Of a stretch of DNA of 64,000 nt, positions 46,169 through 56,329 are shown in pieces. A program made the translations under genes and the position numbers. The stretch covers positions 2,124 to 66,123 of the forward strand of contig CAYZYH010000004.1 in NCBI GenBank assembly GCA_964481235.1. Reading direction: 5' to 3'. Numbering within the stretch: the first letter of the stretch is position 1; the number at the start of each line of letters is the position of its first letter. A model generated the notes under the pieces. It ran no database searches, had not been told where the DNA came from, and saw only the letters and a list, made by a program, of their open reading frames with translations. Source of the DNA: an uncultured Candidatus Saccharibacteria bacterium. Its GTDB lineage: Bacteria; Patescibacteriota; Saccharimonadia; CAILAD01; BJGX01.

Positions 46169-46693
46169 ATGGCAGAAGAAACTGCAAAACAAGAAGAAGT
46201 AAAGGAAGAAGCAAAAGCCCCAGAAGCTACTACAGAAGTACAAAAAGAAGAAAAACCCGAAGCACCAGCCGAAGTAAAAGCTGATAGCGAAGAAAAGAAA
46301 GAAGTACCGGCTAAATTTAAAAGCCTCGTTGATGAAATTGACAAACTAAGCGTATTAGATCTATCAGAATTTGTAAGCGTACTAGAAGACCACTACGGTG
46401 TTAGTGCAGCTGCCCCAGTAGCTGTTGCTGCTACTAGTGGTGCCGCTGCTGGTGGAGAAGCTGAAGCTTCTGAAGAAGCCAAAAGCTCATACAATATTAT
46501 GCTCACTGCTGCTGGTGACAAAAAGATTGATGTTATTAAGGCAGTTCGTGAAATATCTGGCCTTGGTCTAGCCGAATCAAAAGGCGTAGTAGACAGTGCC
46601 CCTAAAATGGTAAAAGAAGGCGTACCTGCCGAAGAAGCTGAGGCTGCTAAGAAAACCCTAGAAGAAGCTGGCGCTACAGTAGAACTTCAATAG
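46169..46693 (+). CDS. rplL: 50S ribosomal protein L7/L12 with ~45-aa acidic N-terminal extension
   Basis: Core from …[35 protein letters not shown]… to …[13 protein letters not shown]. About 45 extra E/K/A-rich residues at the N-terminus. Confidence 0.85.
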   Translation: MAEETAKQEEVKEEAKAPEATTEVQKEEKPEAPAEVKADSEEKKEVPAKFKSLVDEIDKLSVLDLSEFVSVLEDHYGVSAAAPVAVAATSGAAAGGEAEASEEAKSSYNIMLTAAGDKKIDVIKAVREISGLGLAESKGVVDSAPKMVKEGVPAEEAEAAKKTLEEAGATVELQ

Positions 46694-46716
46694 TTACAAA
46701 CTTAAGCACTAAATCT

Positions 46717-46743
46717 GAGCTCATTAAAATGAGCTCTTTTTTA
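46717..46743 (+). terminator. Intrinsic terminator after rplL
   Basis: gagctcatt-aaa-atgagctc + T6. Confidence 0.65.
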
Positions 46744-46853
46744 GTTTTTACTGAAATACATGACAAAAAAGTATTTACAAAATGTTTGGCATATGTTTGT
46801 TTTTTTGCTAAACTAATAAGTGAAAGAAAAGAGCTAAAATCAAAAGAGGTAAT

Positions 46854-47426
46854 ATGAGTAATAAAGACAAACAAGCAGAGTTGCAAGAACTCTCTAATCA
46901 AATGCACGCCGCCGAAGATAGTTTGCGGCAAGTAGAGAAGTTACTAAAAAAAATGGGCTTAAGTGGCAAAGATTTACCTAAGCCCACCGATAGCGAACCT
47001 AAACCACTGGTTAGCGTACCGCTACAAAGTGATCAGTCGACTAGTTCGACCGAACCAAGTGGTAAGATCATAGAAGGTCATTTCGATGGCCAAAATATGA
47101 TTGGGCCCGATGGTAAGACATATCCTGTACCTGCCAACTACGCCAGTAAATCCAAACTAGTTGAAGGTGACACCCTAAAGCTGACTATTGCTGCAGATGG
47201 GTCTTTTATTTATAAACAAATTGGCCCAATAGAGCGCAAAAAACTTATTGCCAAACTTGGTCTTGAAAACGGTCAATATATTGCCCAAGTAGGTGATAAC
47301 CATTTTCGTGTATTATATGCCAGCGTTACATATTTCAAAGCTCAACCAGGTGATGAAGTTACAGTAGTTATACCTGCCCATGGCGAAGCTAATTGGGCGG
47401 CCATTGAAGCAGTTATTGGTGCTTAA
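46854..47426 (+). CDS. Hypothetical protein (190 aa)
   Basis: Intact ORF with an RBS. Occupies the position usually held by rpoB after rplL. Confidence 0.4.
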   Translation: MSNKDKQAELQELSNQMHAAEDSLRQVEKLLKKMGLSGKDLPKPTDSEPKPLVSVPLQSDQSTSSTEPSGKIIEGHFDGQNMIGPDGKTYPVPANYASKSKLVEGDTLKLTIAADGSFIYKQIGPIERKKLIAKLGLENGQYIAQVGDNHFRVLYASVTYFKAQPGDEVTVVIPAHGEANWAAIEAVIGA

Positions 47427-47491
47427 TATAGAGTTATAATAGCCAAACAAAATCTACAGCCAAAGTATTGGTGTATAATAAGTGTTAAGTA

Positions 47492-48949
47492 ATGGAGGAT
47501 GAAACAAGGGTGTCTCGTTTGGCGCTATATCGTAAATATCGTTCGGCCGATCTTTCTGATGTGGTTGGTCAAGAACACATTACCAAAACTTTAGACCAAA
47601 GTCTAAAAAGTGGACAGATTTCGCATGCTTACTTATTTACCGGCCCACGAGGTGTAGGCAAAACCAGTGTTGCGCGCATATTGGCCAAAAGAGTGAATAA
47701 TTTAGGTTCTACTGAAGATACTGCACTCCAACTCGATATTATAGAGATAGACGCTGCTAGTAATAGGGGTATTGATGAGATTCGTTCGCTACGTGAAAAA
47801 ATTAATTCAAGCCCAACCAACTTAGAATATAAAGTATATATTATAGACGAGGCTCACATGCTCACTCGCGAAGCCTTTAACGCCTTATTAAAAACCCTTG
47901 AAGAACCACCCCCGCATGTATTGTTTATCTTGGCAACTACTGAGGCACACAAGTTGCCAGATACCATTATTTCTAGAACACAAAGGTATGACTTTAGGCC
48001 ATTTTCTGAAGAGACTATCACTAGACACCTAGGCGTAATAGCTAAATCAGAAAAAATCGATATTACCAAAGATGGTTTACAAACCATCGCCGAGCTAAGT
48101 GATGGTGGAATGAGAGACGCAATCAGTTTGTTAGATCAGTTGTCGGTTTTTAACGAAAAAATCGATGCAAACTTTGTTAGTCAACGAATGGGGTTGGCTA
48201 ACTCAAAACAAATCAAGACACTACTTGATGCTGCTTACCAAAACGACACCCAAACTGCTTTAGATGTTTTAACCAACCAGATGGCAAATGGAGTAGAGCC
48301 ACAGGCCTTCAATAATCAGATCCAAAGATCTTTGCGTGACCTGTTGATAAATACAGAAAAAAATAGCGAATACAACCAAAGTTTTATTCTTAGAGCACTA
48401 GACTTGCTTACTACGGCCGAACAACAATTTAAAATAATCTCGCATAGGAGTTTGCCTTTAGAGATAGCGATTGTAAAACTTAGTACAAACACACCTATGC
48501 CTCAACCCAGTCAAGAACTAAAACCTAACACCCAAAACATTGCCGATAAACATCCAAAGCTAGATAATAGCACACCAGAACCTAAAACCAACAAATTATC
48601 AGATACAACCCAAAAGATTAATAATGTAGACCTAACTAGTCGTTGCGCAAAGGGTTTGAGTATAATAAAAGAGCACAACAACTCGTTGTACGCCTTACTA
48701 AGATCCGGCAATGCCCATATTAAAGACAACAGTTTAATTGTAGATTGTAGATTTAACTTTCACAAAGAACGTATAGAGGAACATCGAAATCGTGAAATGA
48801 TTGAAAAAGTTATGAGTCGAGTTTGTGACCAGAATATTAGCTTGGTCTGTCGGCTCAACCAAACCAAGGTAAAAGAACCGATTAAAGAAGATAATGAATT
48901 GGTGAGCTCGGCTATGGCTATACTAGGTGGGGAGTTGGTAGATGGCTAA
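47492..48949 (+). CDS. dnaX: DNA polymerase III subunit gamma/tau
   Basis: AAA+ clamp-loader motifs: GQEHITKTLDQSLKSGQISHAYLFTGPRGVGKTS (Walker A), …IIDEAHMLT…, and the SRC region. Confidence 0.85.
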   Translation: MEDETRVSRLALYRKYRSADLSDVVGQEHITKTLDQSLKSGQISHAYLFTGPRGVGKTSVARILAKRVNNLGSTEDTALQLDIIEIDAASNRGIDEIRSLREKINSSPTNLEYKVYIIDEAHMLTREAFNALLKTLEEPPPHVLFILATTEAHKLPDTIISRTQRYDFRPFSEETITRHLGVIAKSEKIDITKDGLQTIAELSDGGMRDAISLLDQLSVFNEKIDANFVSQRMGLANSKQIKTLLDAAYQNDTQTALDVLTNQMANGVEPQAFNNQIQRSLRDLLINTEKNSEYNQSFILRALDLLTTAEQQFKIISHRSLPLEIAIVKLSTNTPMPQPSQELKPNTQNIADKHPKLDNSTPEPKTNKLSDTTQKINNVDLTSRCAKGLSIIKEHNNSLYALLRSGNAHIKDNSLIVDCRFNFHKERIEEHRNREMIEKVMSRVCDQNISLVCRLNQTKVKEPIKEDNELVSSAMAILGGELVDG

Positions 48950-50327
48950 TACACAAAAAAACAATCTATCATCAACCAATAATCATAGCAAAAACAACGA
49001 CTCGTTGGTTTTACCCCCACAGAACCTAGAAGCAGAATCAAGCTTGATAGGATCACTACTTATTGATAAAGATGCAATTATTAAGGTGGCCGACATTGTT
49101 GGAGCCGATGATTTTTATGTATCTAAAAATAGCATCATATTTGAAGAAATATTAGGGCTATTTGAGCGTAGAGAGCCTATTGATGTGGTTACACTTGCAA
49201 ATTCTCTAGACAAGAAAAAGCAACTAAAAAACGTTGGTGGAGCTACTTATTTAACCGAGTTAGTAAATAGCGTGCCATCAAGTTCTCACGTTCAGCAGTA
49301 TGCTAGAATCGTTGCAGAAAAAGCTACTTTGCGACGTTTGATTTCTGCAGCTAGCACAATTAATTCTATGGCATATGGTGAAGATGAGGCATTAGATTCT
49401 GTTCTGGACGAAGCAGAACAAACTCTTTTTTCTGTATCTCAAAAACACCTTAAGAAAAACTTCACCCCAATTTCTGAAATTCTTACTGAGAGCTTTGAGC
49501 GTTTAGATGATCTTCACAAAGATAAGACCACTTTACGTGGTATACCAACCGGCTATCGAGCATTAGATAATTTAACGGCTGGCCTACAAAATTCTGATTT
49601 AATCATACTTGCCGCCAGACCAAGTATGGGTAAGACCAGTTTGGCTCTAAATATTGCTCAACATGTAGCTGCAAGAGAGGGTATTCCGGTGGGTATTTTT
49701 AGCCTAGAAATGAGCAAAGAACAGCTTATTGATAGGCTGTTGAGTTCGGAGGCCGGAATTGATAGCTGGAAGCTAAGAACTGGCAATCTTGAGGATAGCG
49801 ACTTTGAAAAAATCAATAAAGCCATGGGCGTATTATCTGAAGCCCCGCTCTATATTGACGATTCAGCTATGAGTAATGTAATGGAGATGCGCACTAAAGC
49901 TCGTCGTTTGCAGTCTGAGAATGACCTAGGTCTAATTGTAATAGATTATCTTCAACTAATGAGTGGACGTAATAGCAGTAGCGAGAATCGGGTGCAAGAA
50001 ATATCTGAAATTTCTCGTGGCTTAAAGGGGCTGGCTAGAGAACTAAATGTGCCAGTAATAGCTTTGTCTCAGCTTTCTAGGAGTGTAGAAATGCGCTCAC
50101 CCAAAATTCCTCAGCTATCTGACCTTAGAGAGTCTGGTAGTATCGAACAAGACGCTGATGTTGTAATGTTTATATATCGTGAAGATTATTACGAGAAAGA
50201 GAGTGAGAAGAAAAACATTGCCGAAATATTAGTCCGCAAACATCGTAATGGTCCTACCGGCGAAGTAGAATTATACTTTCAACCTGAACAGATGTTGTTT
50301 CGTAGCGTTGATAAGGTACATCAGTAA
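48942..50327 (+). CDS. dnaB: Replicative DNA helicase DnaB
   Basis: N-terminal DnaB domain. RecA-like core with Walker A (ARPSMGKTSLALNIA) and …DYLQLM… motifs. Confidence 0.85.
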   Translation: MANTQKNNLSSTNNHSKNNDSLVLPPQNLEAESSLIGSLLIDKDAIIKVADIVGADDFYVSKNSIIFEEILGLFERREPIDVVTLANSLDKKKQLKNVGGATYLTELVNSVPSSSHVQQYARIVAEKATLRRLISAASTINSMAYGEDEALDSVLDEAEQTLFSVSQKHLKKNFTPISEILTESFERLDDLHKDKTTLRGIPTGYRALDNLTAGLQNSDLIILAARPSMGKTSLALNIAQHVAAREGIPVGIFSLEMSKEQLIDRLLSSEAGIDSWKLRTGNLEDSDFEKINKAMGVLSEAPLYIDDSAMSNVMEMRTKARRLQSENDLGLIVIDYLQLMSGRNSSSENRVQEISEISRGLKGLARELNVPVIALSQLSRSVEMRSPKIPQLSDLRESGSIEQDADVVMFIYREDYYEKESEKKNIAEILVRKHRNGPTGEVELYFQPEQMLFRSVDKVHQ

Positions 50328-50378
50328 CCAAAAAGCTTTTTTAGTTGCTAACACTACGTTATAATTAGCATAGCCATT

Positions 50379-50906
50379 ATGAAAAAAAATAAACAACCCG
50401 CTGTAGATGTCAAAAGAGTTGGTCGGTTTGGACTAGTTGGCATACTAAATACATTTGTAGATTTTGTAATTCTAAACGTTTTGGTAGTAACAATTTTGCC
50501 TAAAAGCAGTGTCTTGTTTACTATCACAATATTTGGCACCTCTATAGCTATTACCGGTATAATTGTTGCTGGCTTAATATCTGGAACTGCTGCTATGATT
50601 AACAGTTACATATTTAATATGCGTTTCACCTTTAGAAAAAGACATATTGATTCAAAACATACATTCTATTTCTTTGCCATTACTATATTTGGGCTATATG
50701 TTATTAGACCCGTAATTTTAAAAGTAATGACCGATATTTGGATATGGCCAGCCGATATTGCATACGCCATAACCTCTGGATTGAGATTACCACTTAGTCG
50801 TGATTTCGACGAAAGAAATCTAGCTCTTATGGTCGCTATCATGATTATTCTTGTTTATAATTATCTAATGTATAAGCATTTTGTATTTAATAATGAAAAA
50901 AAGTAA
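50379..50906 (+). CDS. GtrA-family membrane protein (polyprenol-linked glycan translocation)
   Basis: …VGRFGLVGILNTFVDFVILNVLV… matches the GtrA-like signature. 4 TM helices. Confidence 0.65.
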   Translation: MKKNKQPAVDVKRVGRFGLVGILNTFVDFVILNVLVVTILPKSSVLFTITIFGTSIAITGIIVAGLISGTAAMINSYIFNMRFTFRKRHIDSKHTFYFFAITIFGLYVIRPVILKVMTDIWIWPADIAYAITSGLRLPLSRDFDERNLALMVAIMIILVYNYLMYKHFVFNNEKK

Positions 50907-52464
50907 TTCAAAATTTTTAAACTTTATCCAAAAACACCAAGGATTATTAATACTGTTGGGTGTATTGGTGCTAGCTACAGCCTTTAGGTTATATCAGCTC
51001 AATAGTTTACCGCCCGGTTTACATCCAGACGAAGCGGCTAATGGTTTAGATATTGTACAGCGTATTTATAACCATGACTGGAGAATAATTTATAACACCA
51101 ATGGGCCAAGAGAAGCACTGTTTTTCTATTTCCAAGCTTTGTTTGTGCTTTTACTTGGCAACACCATACTTGCTTTGCGACTTGCACCAGCACTATTTGG
51201 AATTATTACGGTCTTCGTTGTTTACCTATACACCAAAGACTGGTTTGGACGCCGAACAGCACTACTTGCAGCCTTTTTAATAGCTGTTAACCCTTGGGTG
51301 AATACTGTTAGTCGTGATGGTTTTAGGGCTAGTATGGTACCACTAATGATAGCATTAGTAGCTTTTTTTGGTGGCAGAGCATTCAAAACCAATAAAACAC
51401 GCTACTTTGTACTGGCTGGGCTAGTATTTGGCTTAGGGTTCTATACTTACACCGCCTTTACTATGTTTAGCTTGGTGGTTGTTGGAGGACTAATATATTT
51501 AGGATTATTTAGACGAGACTGGCTTGCAAAAAATATTAAGAACATATTTATTGGGGGAGCGGTATTTCTAGTTACGCTTACACCTCTAGCATTAACTATC
51601 ATAAAAAATCCTGCTGATTCTACAGCTCGGGCAGGTGGTACAAGTTTTCTCAATAAAGACCTCAATAATGGCAAGCCTGTGCTGGCCTTACTAGAGAGCA
51701 CTGGAAAAACCCTACTACAGTTCAATTATCAAGGAGACCAGAATAGTCGCCACAACCTTCCTGGTGAACCATTAGTAAATACTTTTGTAGGTATCATGCT
51801 TGTACTAGGTCTTTTGGTAGCCTTTAGTAGGATAGGACGAGTAAAGTATGCTGCCATTTTGGCGATGTTCTTTGTAATGATGCTACCTGCGATACTGACT
51901 GCCGAGGGTCTACCACATGCACTTCGTAGTATTGGTACCGCAGCTAGTGTATTTACTATTGCCGCTATTGGTATAGATTATTTATTAACTCGTTGGTACA
52001 AGACCTTCCCCGTAAACGGGCCAGCAAGAACCACAGGGGTTATTAGTATTAGTATCTTATTGGCTTTAACGGCTATTGTTGGCTGGCGTCAATATTTTGT
52101 AGCCTGGGCGCAAGATCCCCAGACTTATTCGGCTTATAGTGAAAATATGGTAGCAATTGGTAACTTTCTTAACTCCGGCTCAAGCAAGCAAAATGATGGC
52201 AACTATATTATTGCTGGCGGTTACGAGACTATGCCAACCCAATATTTAACCACTAATAAATCTCGATACACATTACTTAGCTTGACCGACCTGCAAAACC
52301 AACCTATCTTAAACCAAAGCCTACTTTACGTTTTCCCAAGTAGCAGTGACAGCCAGAAGATTATTCAGGTATTACAAGCTAAATATCCGTCTGGTCAACT
52401 AAATTCGCACTATTCAAGCTTTGACAATCAACTATTATTTTATTCATTCAGAGTAAGTCAATGA
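50881..52464 (+). CDS. GT39/ArnT-like membrane glycosyltransferase (PMT_2 family)
   Basis: N-terminal …LPPGLHPDEAANGLDIVQ… is the DE-motif loop of GT-C ArnT/PMT enzymes. More than 10 TM helices. Confidence 0.7.
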   Translation: MYLIMKKSNSKFLNFIQKHQGLLILLGVLVLATAFRLYQLNSLPPGLHPDEAANGLDIVQRIYNHDWRIIYNTNGPREALFFYFQALFVLLLGNTILALRLAPALFGIITVFVVYLYTKDWFGRRTALLAAFLIAVNPWVNTVSRDGFRASMVPLMIALVAFFGGRAFKTNKTRYFVLAGLVFGLGFYTYTAFTMFSLVVVGGLIYLGLFRRDWLAKNIKNIFIGGAVFLVTLTPLALTIIKNPADSTARAGGTSFLNKDLNNGKPVLALLESTGKTLLQFNYQGDQNSRHNLPGEPLVNTFVGIMLVLGLLVAFSRIGRVKYAAILAMFFVMMLPAILTAEGLPHALRSIGTAASVFTIAAIGIDYLLTRWYKTFPVNGPARTTGVISISILLALTAIVGWRQYFVAWAQDPQTYSAYSENMVAIGNFLNSGSSKQNDGNYIIAGGYETMPTQYLTTNKSRYTLLSLTDLQNQPILNQSLLYVFPSSSDSQKIIQVLQAKYPSGQLNSHYSSFDNQLLFYSFRVSQ

Positions 52465-53234
52465 CTAAACATGATAGCTCAAAACCAATAGATTTAAGTA
52501 TTATTATTCCTACATACAAAGAGGCGTTTAGAATTGGCGATACAATGTCTCAGATAGCTCACTATTTTGCCTCTAAAAAACAAAGTGTAGAACTAATAGT
52601 GGTTGACGCTCAAAGCCCCGACGGTACAGCTGAAGCAGCTAAAAAGCAGGCCAAGTTGTTTGATAATTTTCAACTTATTGATGCTGGCCCAAAACCACCC
52701 AAAAAGGCTTTAAAAGGTAAGCAAGTAAAACTAGGTATGTTGGCAGCCAAAGGTAAGTATCTGGTTTTTATGGATGCCGATCTAGCAACTCCGCTCAAGT
52801 ATTTAAGTGATGTTGAAAAACTGGCCCAAAAAAATAGCCCGGTAGGTATCTGCGTGCGCAACCTTCAAAAAAGCCATACAGGTTTGCGAAAGTTTATATC
52901 GGGTAGCGCAAACTTTTTAGTACAAATGGTTCTATTACCAGGAATAAAAGACACTCAGTGTGGCTTTAAGGCTTTTAGCTCTGATGCAGCCAAAGAAATA
53001 TTTACTCGTCAAACAGTAGTAGGCTGGGGCTTTGATATGGAGATATTAGCGATAGCTAGACAATTGGGCTATCAAATAGAGACTATTGATGTACCCGACT
53101 GGCGTGATATTAAAGAGGGTAGTAAGGTGTCTACCTCAAAATTCTCGGCGGCAAAAGCAGCTCTACAAACATTTCCTGACTTAGTACATATTAAGTGGGG
53201 CCTGATTAGCGGTAGATATAAAAAGGCCAGGTAA
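52461..53234 (+). CDS. GT2 polyprenyl-phosphate sugar synthase (DPM1/ArnC/GtrB-like)
   Basis: …LSIIIPTYKEAFRIGDTMSQI…VVDAQSPDGT…FMDADLATP… are the GT2 DxD and acceptor motifs. Confidence 0.75.
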   Translation: MTKHDSSKPIDLSIIIPTYKEAFRIGDTMSQIAHYFASKKQSVELIVVDAQSPDGTAEAAKKQAKLFDNFQLIDAGPKPPKKALKGKQVKLGMLAAKGKYLVFMDADLATPLKYLSDVEKLAQKNSPVGICVRNLQKSHTGLRKFISGSANFLVQMVLLPGIKDTQCGFKAFSSDAAKEIFTRQTVVGWGFDMEILAIARQLGYQIETIDVPDWRDIKEGSKVSTSKFSAAKAALQTFPDLVHIKWGLISGRYKKAR

Positions 53235-54715
53235 TGAGCGCTACTCACAAATACTTATCACATAGTAAAAACTTTAATATTGCTATGGTAGTTCTTGCTA
53301 CAGTGGTGGCTACCGGCTTAAGGCTTTTGTATGTTACTAAATCAAGTATTTGGCACGACGAAGGCTTTTCAATATTACTGGCACGACGTACGCCCGATCT
53401 CATTTGGTCTGGTTCGGCGCGAGATGTACACCCACCCCTATATTACGAATTACTACATATCTGGATGAAGTATTTTGGTGATAGCGTCTTTACCATTAGA
53501 AGTCTAAGTGTAGTTGTTGGCATATTGCTAGTGCCGTTAGGTTATTTATTTGTAAAAAAGGTAGCAAATAATAGAGCAGCAATAATAACGGCATTTTTAC
53601 TGGCCTGTGCACCATTTTTAATACGTTACTCCCAAGAAGCCAGAATGTACGGGCTACTAAGCCTTTTTACTCTACTGGCCGTTTATGCTGCCACCTATAT
53701 TGCCGAAAAACCAAAGAATTTTTGGCCATATATACTGTATTGTTTGGCAATTACTGCGGGTATGTATACCCATTACTTTACAGCACTTGCAATCATGTCT
53801 ATATGGTTATATTTTGTGGTTTTACAGCCAATCAAAAAAATTAGATTCGGCAAATCTATTGTTGTATCGGCTCGGTGGTGGCTAGCAAATGCAGTAGCAT
53901 TAATACTGTTTATACCCTGGCTACCAAATATGATTGCGCAGTTGCGTAGAGGCCAGGGCTTAAGTTGGTTACCAAAAACCACCATCATGACCTATCACGA
54001 CACCATATGGCAATTTTTTACCTTTACAGATGCACACAAAATTTTTTATCTCATATACTTGTTGGTACCAATTATTATTCTTATTGCTTCTATCTACTTA
54101 ATTTACACCGACAAATCAGCTCAAAAGTACTCTAGGTTAGTAGTAAGTTTTGGAATATTACCAATCTTGGTTGGTCTTTTAGTGTCTATTCAGAAGCCAA
54201 TTTTTCACGAAAGATACTTTGTTTTTGCCGCAGTCGCAATTTATATAATAGTGGCAATGGCAATAGATCGATTTTCGCAAAAAAGAATTTGGTTATTAGG
54301 TATTCTTTTAACATTGGTAGTGGGTACCGAACTCATTGGAGTGCGCAACGTATATGCACAATCGGGTCATAAAATAGGCGAAGTAGTTGGTCAAATAAAT
54401 AACCAATATCAAATAGGTGATAAGATAGTTGCCGCCGAACTATACGTATATTTTGATAGTAGTTACTACAACACTACCGCACAACCAATTAAAATATACA
54501 CAGCAAATAGTAATTTAAACGGTTATGGCGAATCTGGGCTATTATATGATCAAAATGTTTATATTGATTCTTACAATAACATACCAAAGGGTAGAGTCTG
54601 GATTGTTGGCAAGACTGGTGAGCACGATTATTATCGTCAGATTCCATCTACTTGGGTTCTACTAAGTCAGGCAGAGTCGGGCTATAGCAAAGTTAGGCTG
54701 TATCAGGTAAAATAG
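53234..54715 (+). CDS. Second GT39/ArnT-like membrane glycosyltransferase
   Basis: …SIWHDEGFSILLARR… DE motif. Polytopic. Confidence 0.65.
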   Translation: MSATHKYLSHSKNFNIAMVVLATVVATGLRLLYVTKSSIWHDEGFSILLARRTPDLIWSGSARDVHPPLYYELLHIWMKYFGDSVFTIRSLSVVVGILLVPLGYLFVKKVANNRAAIITAFLLACAPFLIRYSQEARMYGLLSLFTLLAVYAATYIAEKPKNFWPYILYCLAITAGMYTHYFTALAIMSIWLYFVVLQPIKKIRFGKSIVVSARWWLANAVALILFIPWLPNMIAQLRRGQGLSWLPKTTIMTYHDTIWQFFTFTDAHKIFYLIYLLVPIIILIASIYLIYTDKSAQKYSRLVVSFGILPILVGLLVSIQKPIFHERYFVFAAVAIYIIVAMAIDRFSQKRIWLLGILLTLVVGTELIGVRNVYAQSGHKIGEVVGQINNQYQIGDKIVAAELYVYFDSSYYNTTAQPIKIYTANSNLNGYGESGLLYDQNVYIDSYNNIPKGRVWIVGKTGEHDYYRQIPSTWVLLSQAESGYSKVRLYQVK

Positions 54716-54760
54716 TAAAGTTATATTAAGCATTTATTTTACTAAAAAGGGAGAACTATT

Positions 54761-55069
54761 ATGGGCATGATGGACAAAGCAAAGATGGCGCAAAAGGCTC
54801 TTAAGCTACAGAAGGAGCTTAAGAGAATGAGAATAGAAGCCGAAGCAGGTGACGGCGACGTAAAAGTAACTGCAAAAATGCTAATCTCACAAACTAGCAT
54901 GAGTGTAGAGTTGCATGAAATAAATATTAAACCTGAAGCTGCAGAAGATATAAACAGGCTAGAGAGATTATTAGTCTCAGCAATTAACCAAGCCAATAAA
55001 GAAATTATGGCTGAAGCCACAAGTAAAATGCAAGAGATCGCTGGTAGCATGAACCTACCGGGGATGTAG
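54761..55069 (+). CDS. ybaB: Nucleoid-associated protein YbaB/EbfC
   Basis: …MAQKALKLQKELKRMRIEAEAGDGDVKVTAKM… is the YbaB fold signature. Followed by recR as in the conserved pair. Confidence 0.8.
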   Translation: MGMMDKAKMAQKALKLQKELKRMRIEAEAGDGDVKVTAKMLISQTSMSVELHEINIKPEAAEDINRLERLLVSAINQANKEIMAEATSKMQEIAGSMNLPGM

Positions 55070-55107
55070 TGTTGTTACCAGATTAATATTAAATTTACTA
55101 TAGTTAT

Positions 55108-55704
55108 ATGAACGAGATATTGCCCGAGAGTGTCAACAATCTTATTGAAGAGTTTACTAAGTTACCCAGTATAGGTCACAAAACAGCTGAAAGGTTGGTG
55201 TTTTATTTACTCAAAACAGAAGACAATAAAACTCTTGGTGAAGCGGCGCTTGCCCTCAAGGACGGTATAGTAAAGTGCGGTACTTGCCAAAACTTTAGTA
55301 CCAGCTCGACTTGCAAAATTTGCCTAAGCCCCAATAGAAGTAATAGTTCAATTTGTGTAGTATCTCAGCCGCTTGATATTGTTGCAATAGAAAAAACTGG
55401 TCTATACAAAGGTAAATATCACGTTCTACATGGAGTTATAAGCCCCATAGACGGTGTTGGGCCAGACGATATTGAGATTGCAAGTTTACTAAGTCGTATA
55501 GACAAAACTAAGCCAGAAGAAATTATTTTGGCTACCAATCCTAACCTCGAAGGTGAAACTACAGCACTATATATTGTACGTCAGCTCAAAGATTCGCCAG
55601 TACAAGTTACTAAGTTGGCACACGGCCTGCCAATGGGTGGCGATCTTGAGTACGCCGACCAAATGACCTTAGGTAGAGCCTTAGACAACCGACGAGCTTT
55701 TTAA
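55108..55704 (+). CDS. recR: Recombination protein RecR
   Basis: HhH N-terminus (LPSIGHKTAERLVFYLL), C4 zinc finger (CGTCQNFSTSSTCKIC) and a Toprim domain. Confidence 0.9.
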   Translation: MNEILPESVNNLIEEFTKLPSIGHKTAERLVFYLLKTEDNKTLGEAALALKDGIVKCGTCQNFSTSSTCKICLSPNRSNSSICVVSQPLDIVAIEKTGLYKGKYHVLHGVISPIDGVGPDDIEIASLLSRIDKTKPEEIILATNPNLEGETTALYIVRQLKDSPVQVTKLAHGLPMGGDLEYADQMTLGRALDNRRAF

Positions 55705-55780
55705 ACACCACATTACTAAATACAAATGATAACTTAGTAGTTTTTAAGATTTATAACTATTTATCAGGTATAATAAGGTA

Positions 55781-56323
55781 ATGAAGTTTAGAAAAGACAT
55801 ACTTATGATCGACTTTGAAACCACCGATGGTCGTCCGTCTATGGCCAAGCCCATTCAGTTGGCTGCAATATTGTTAGACAAAAACACCCTCAAAGAAAAA
55901 AAAGAGTTTAGTAGCTACATCAAACAAGACCTCGAGGGAGCCAACCCTCGTTCTAGTGCAGTACACGGTATTACTAAAGAGATGCTCAAGGATGCACCTA
56001 GTCAAGATGAGGTAATGCAGAAATTTCTAGATACTTTTGGTACCGATGTTTACTTGAGCTGTTGGACAACCATGCTAGATACTAAGATGCTCGAAGATAT
56101 GATGCAGAGTATTGGCCATGATTTTATGGAGTACGACTATCATATTCTAGACATATGGCCGATTATCTATGTATTTTTTGTACGTCAAGGCAAGGGTGAT
56201 ATTTATCGCTCAGAACAAACTTTTAGAGAGTTTGGCTTGCCAGCACGTAAATCTCACGATGCCCTAGAAGACTGCCGACACACCGCCGAGGTCTTAAGAA
56301 AAATAGTATTTGAGACAAAGTAA
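55781..56323 (+). CDS. DEDDh 3'-5' exonuclease (DnaQ-like)
   Basis: Exo I (IDFETTDG), Exo II, and Exo III (HDALEDCRHTAEVL) motifs. Confidence 0.7.
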   Translation: MKFRKDILMIDFETTDGRPSMAKPIQLAAILLDKNTLKEKKEFSSYIKQDLEGANPRSSAVHGITKEMLKDAPSQDEVMQKFLDTFGTDVYLSCWTTMLDTKMLEDMMQSIGHDFMEYDYHILDIWPIIYVFFVRQGKGDIYRSEQTFREFGLPARKSHDALEDCRHTAEVLRKIVFETK

Positions 56324-56329
56324 GGGTAT

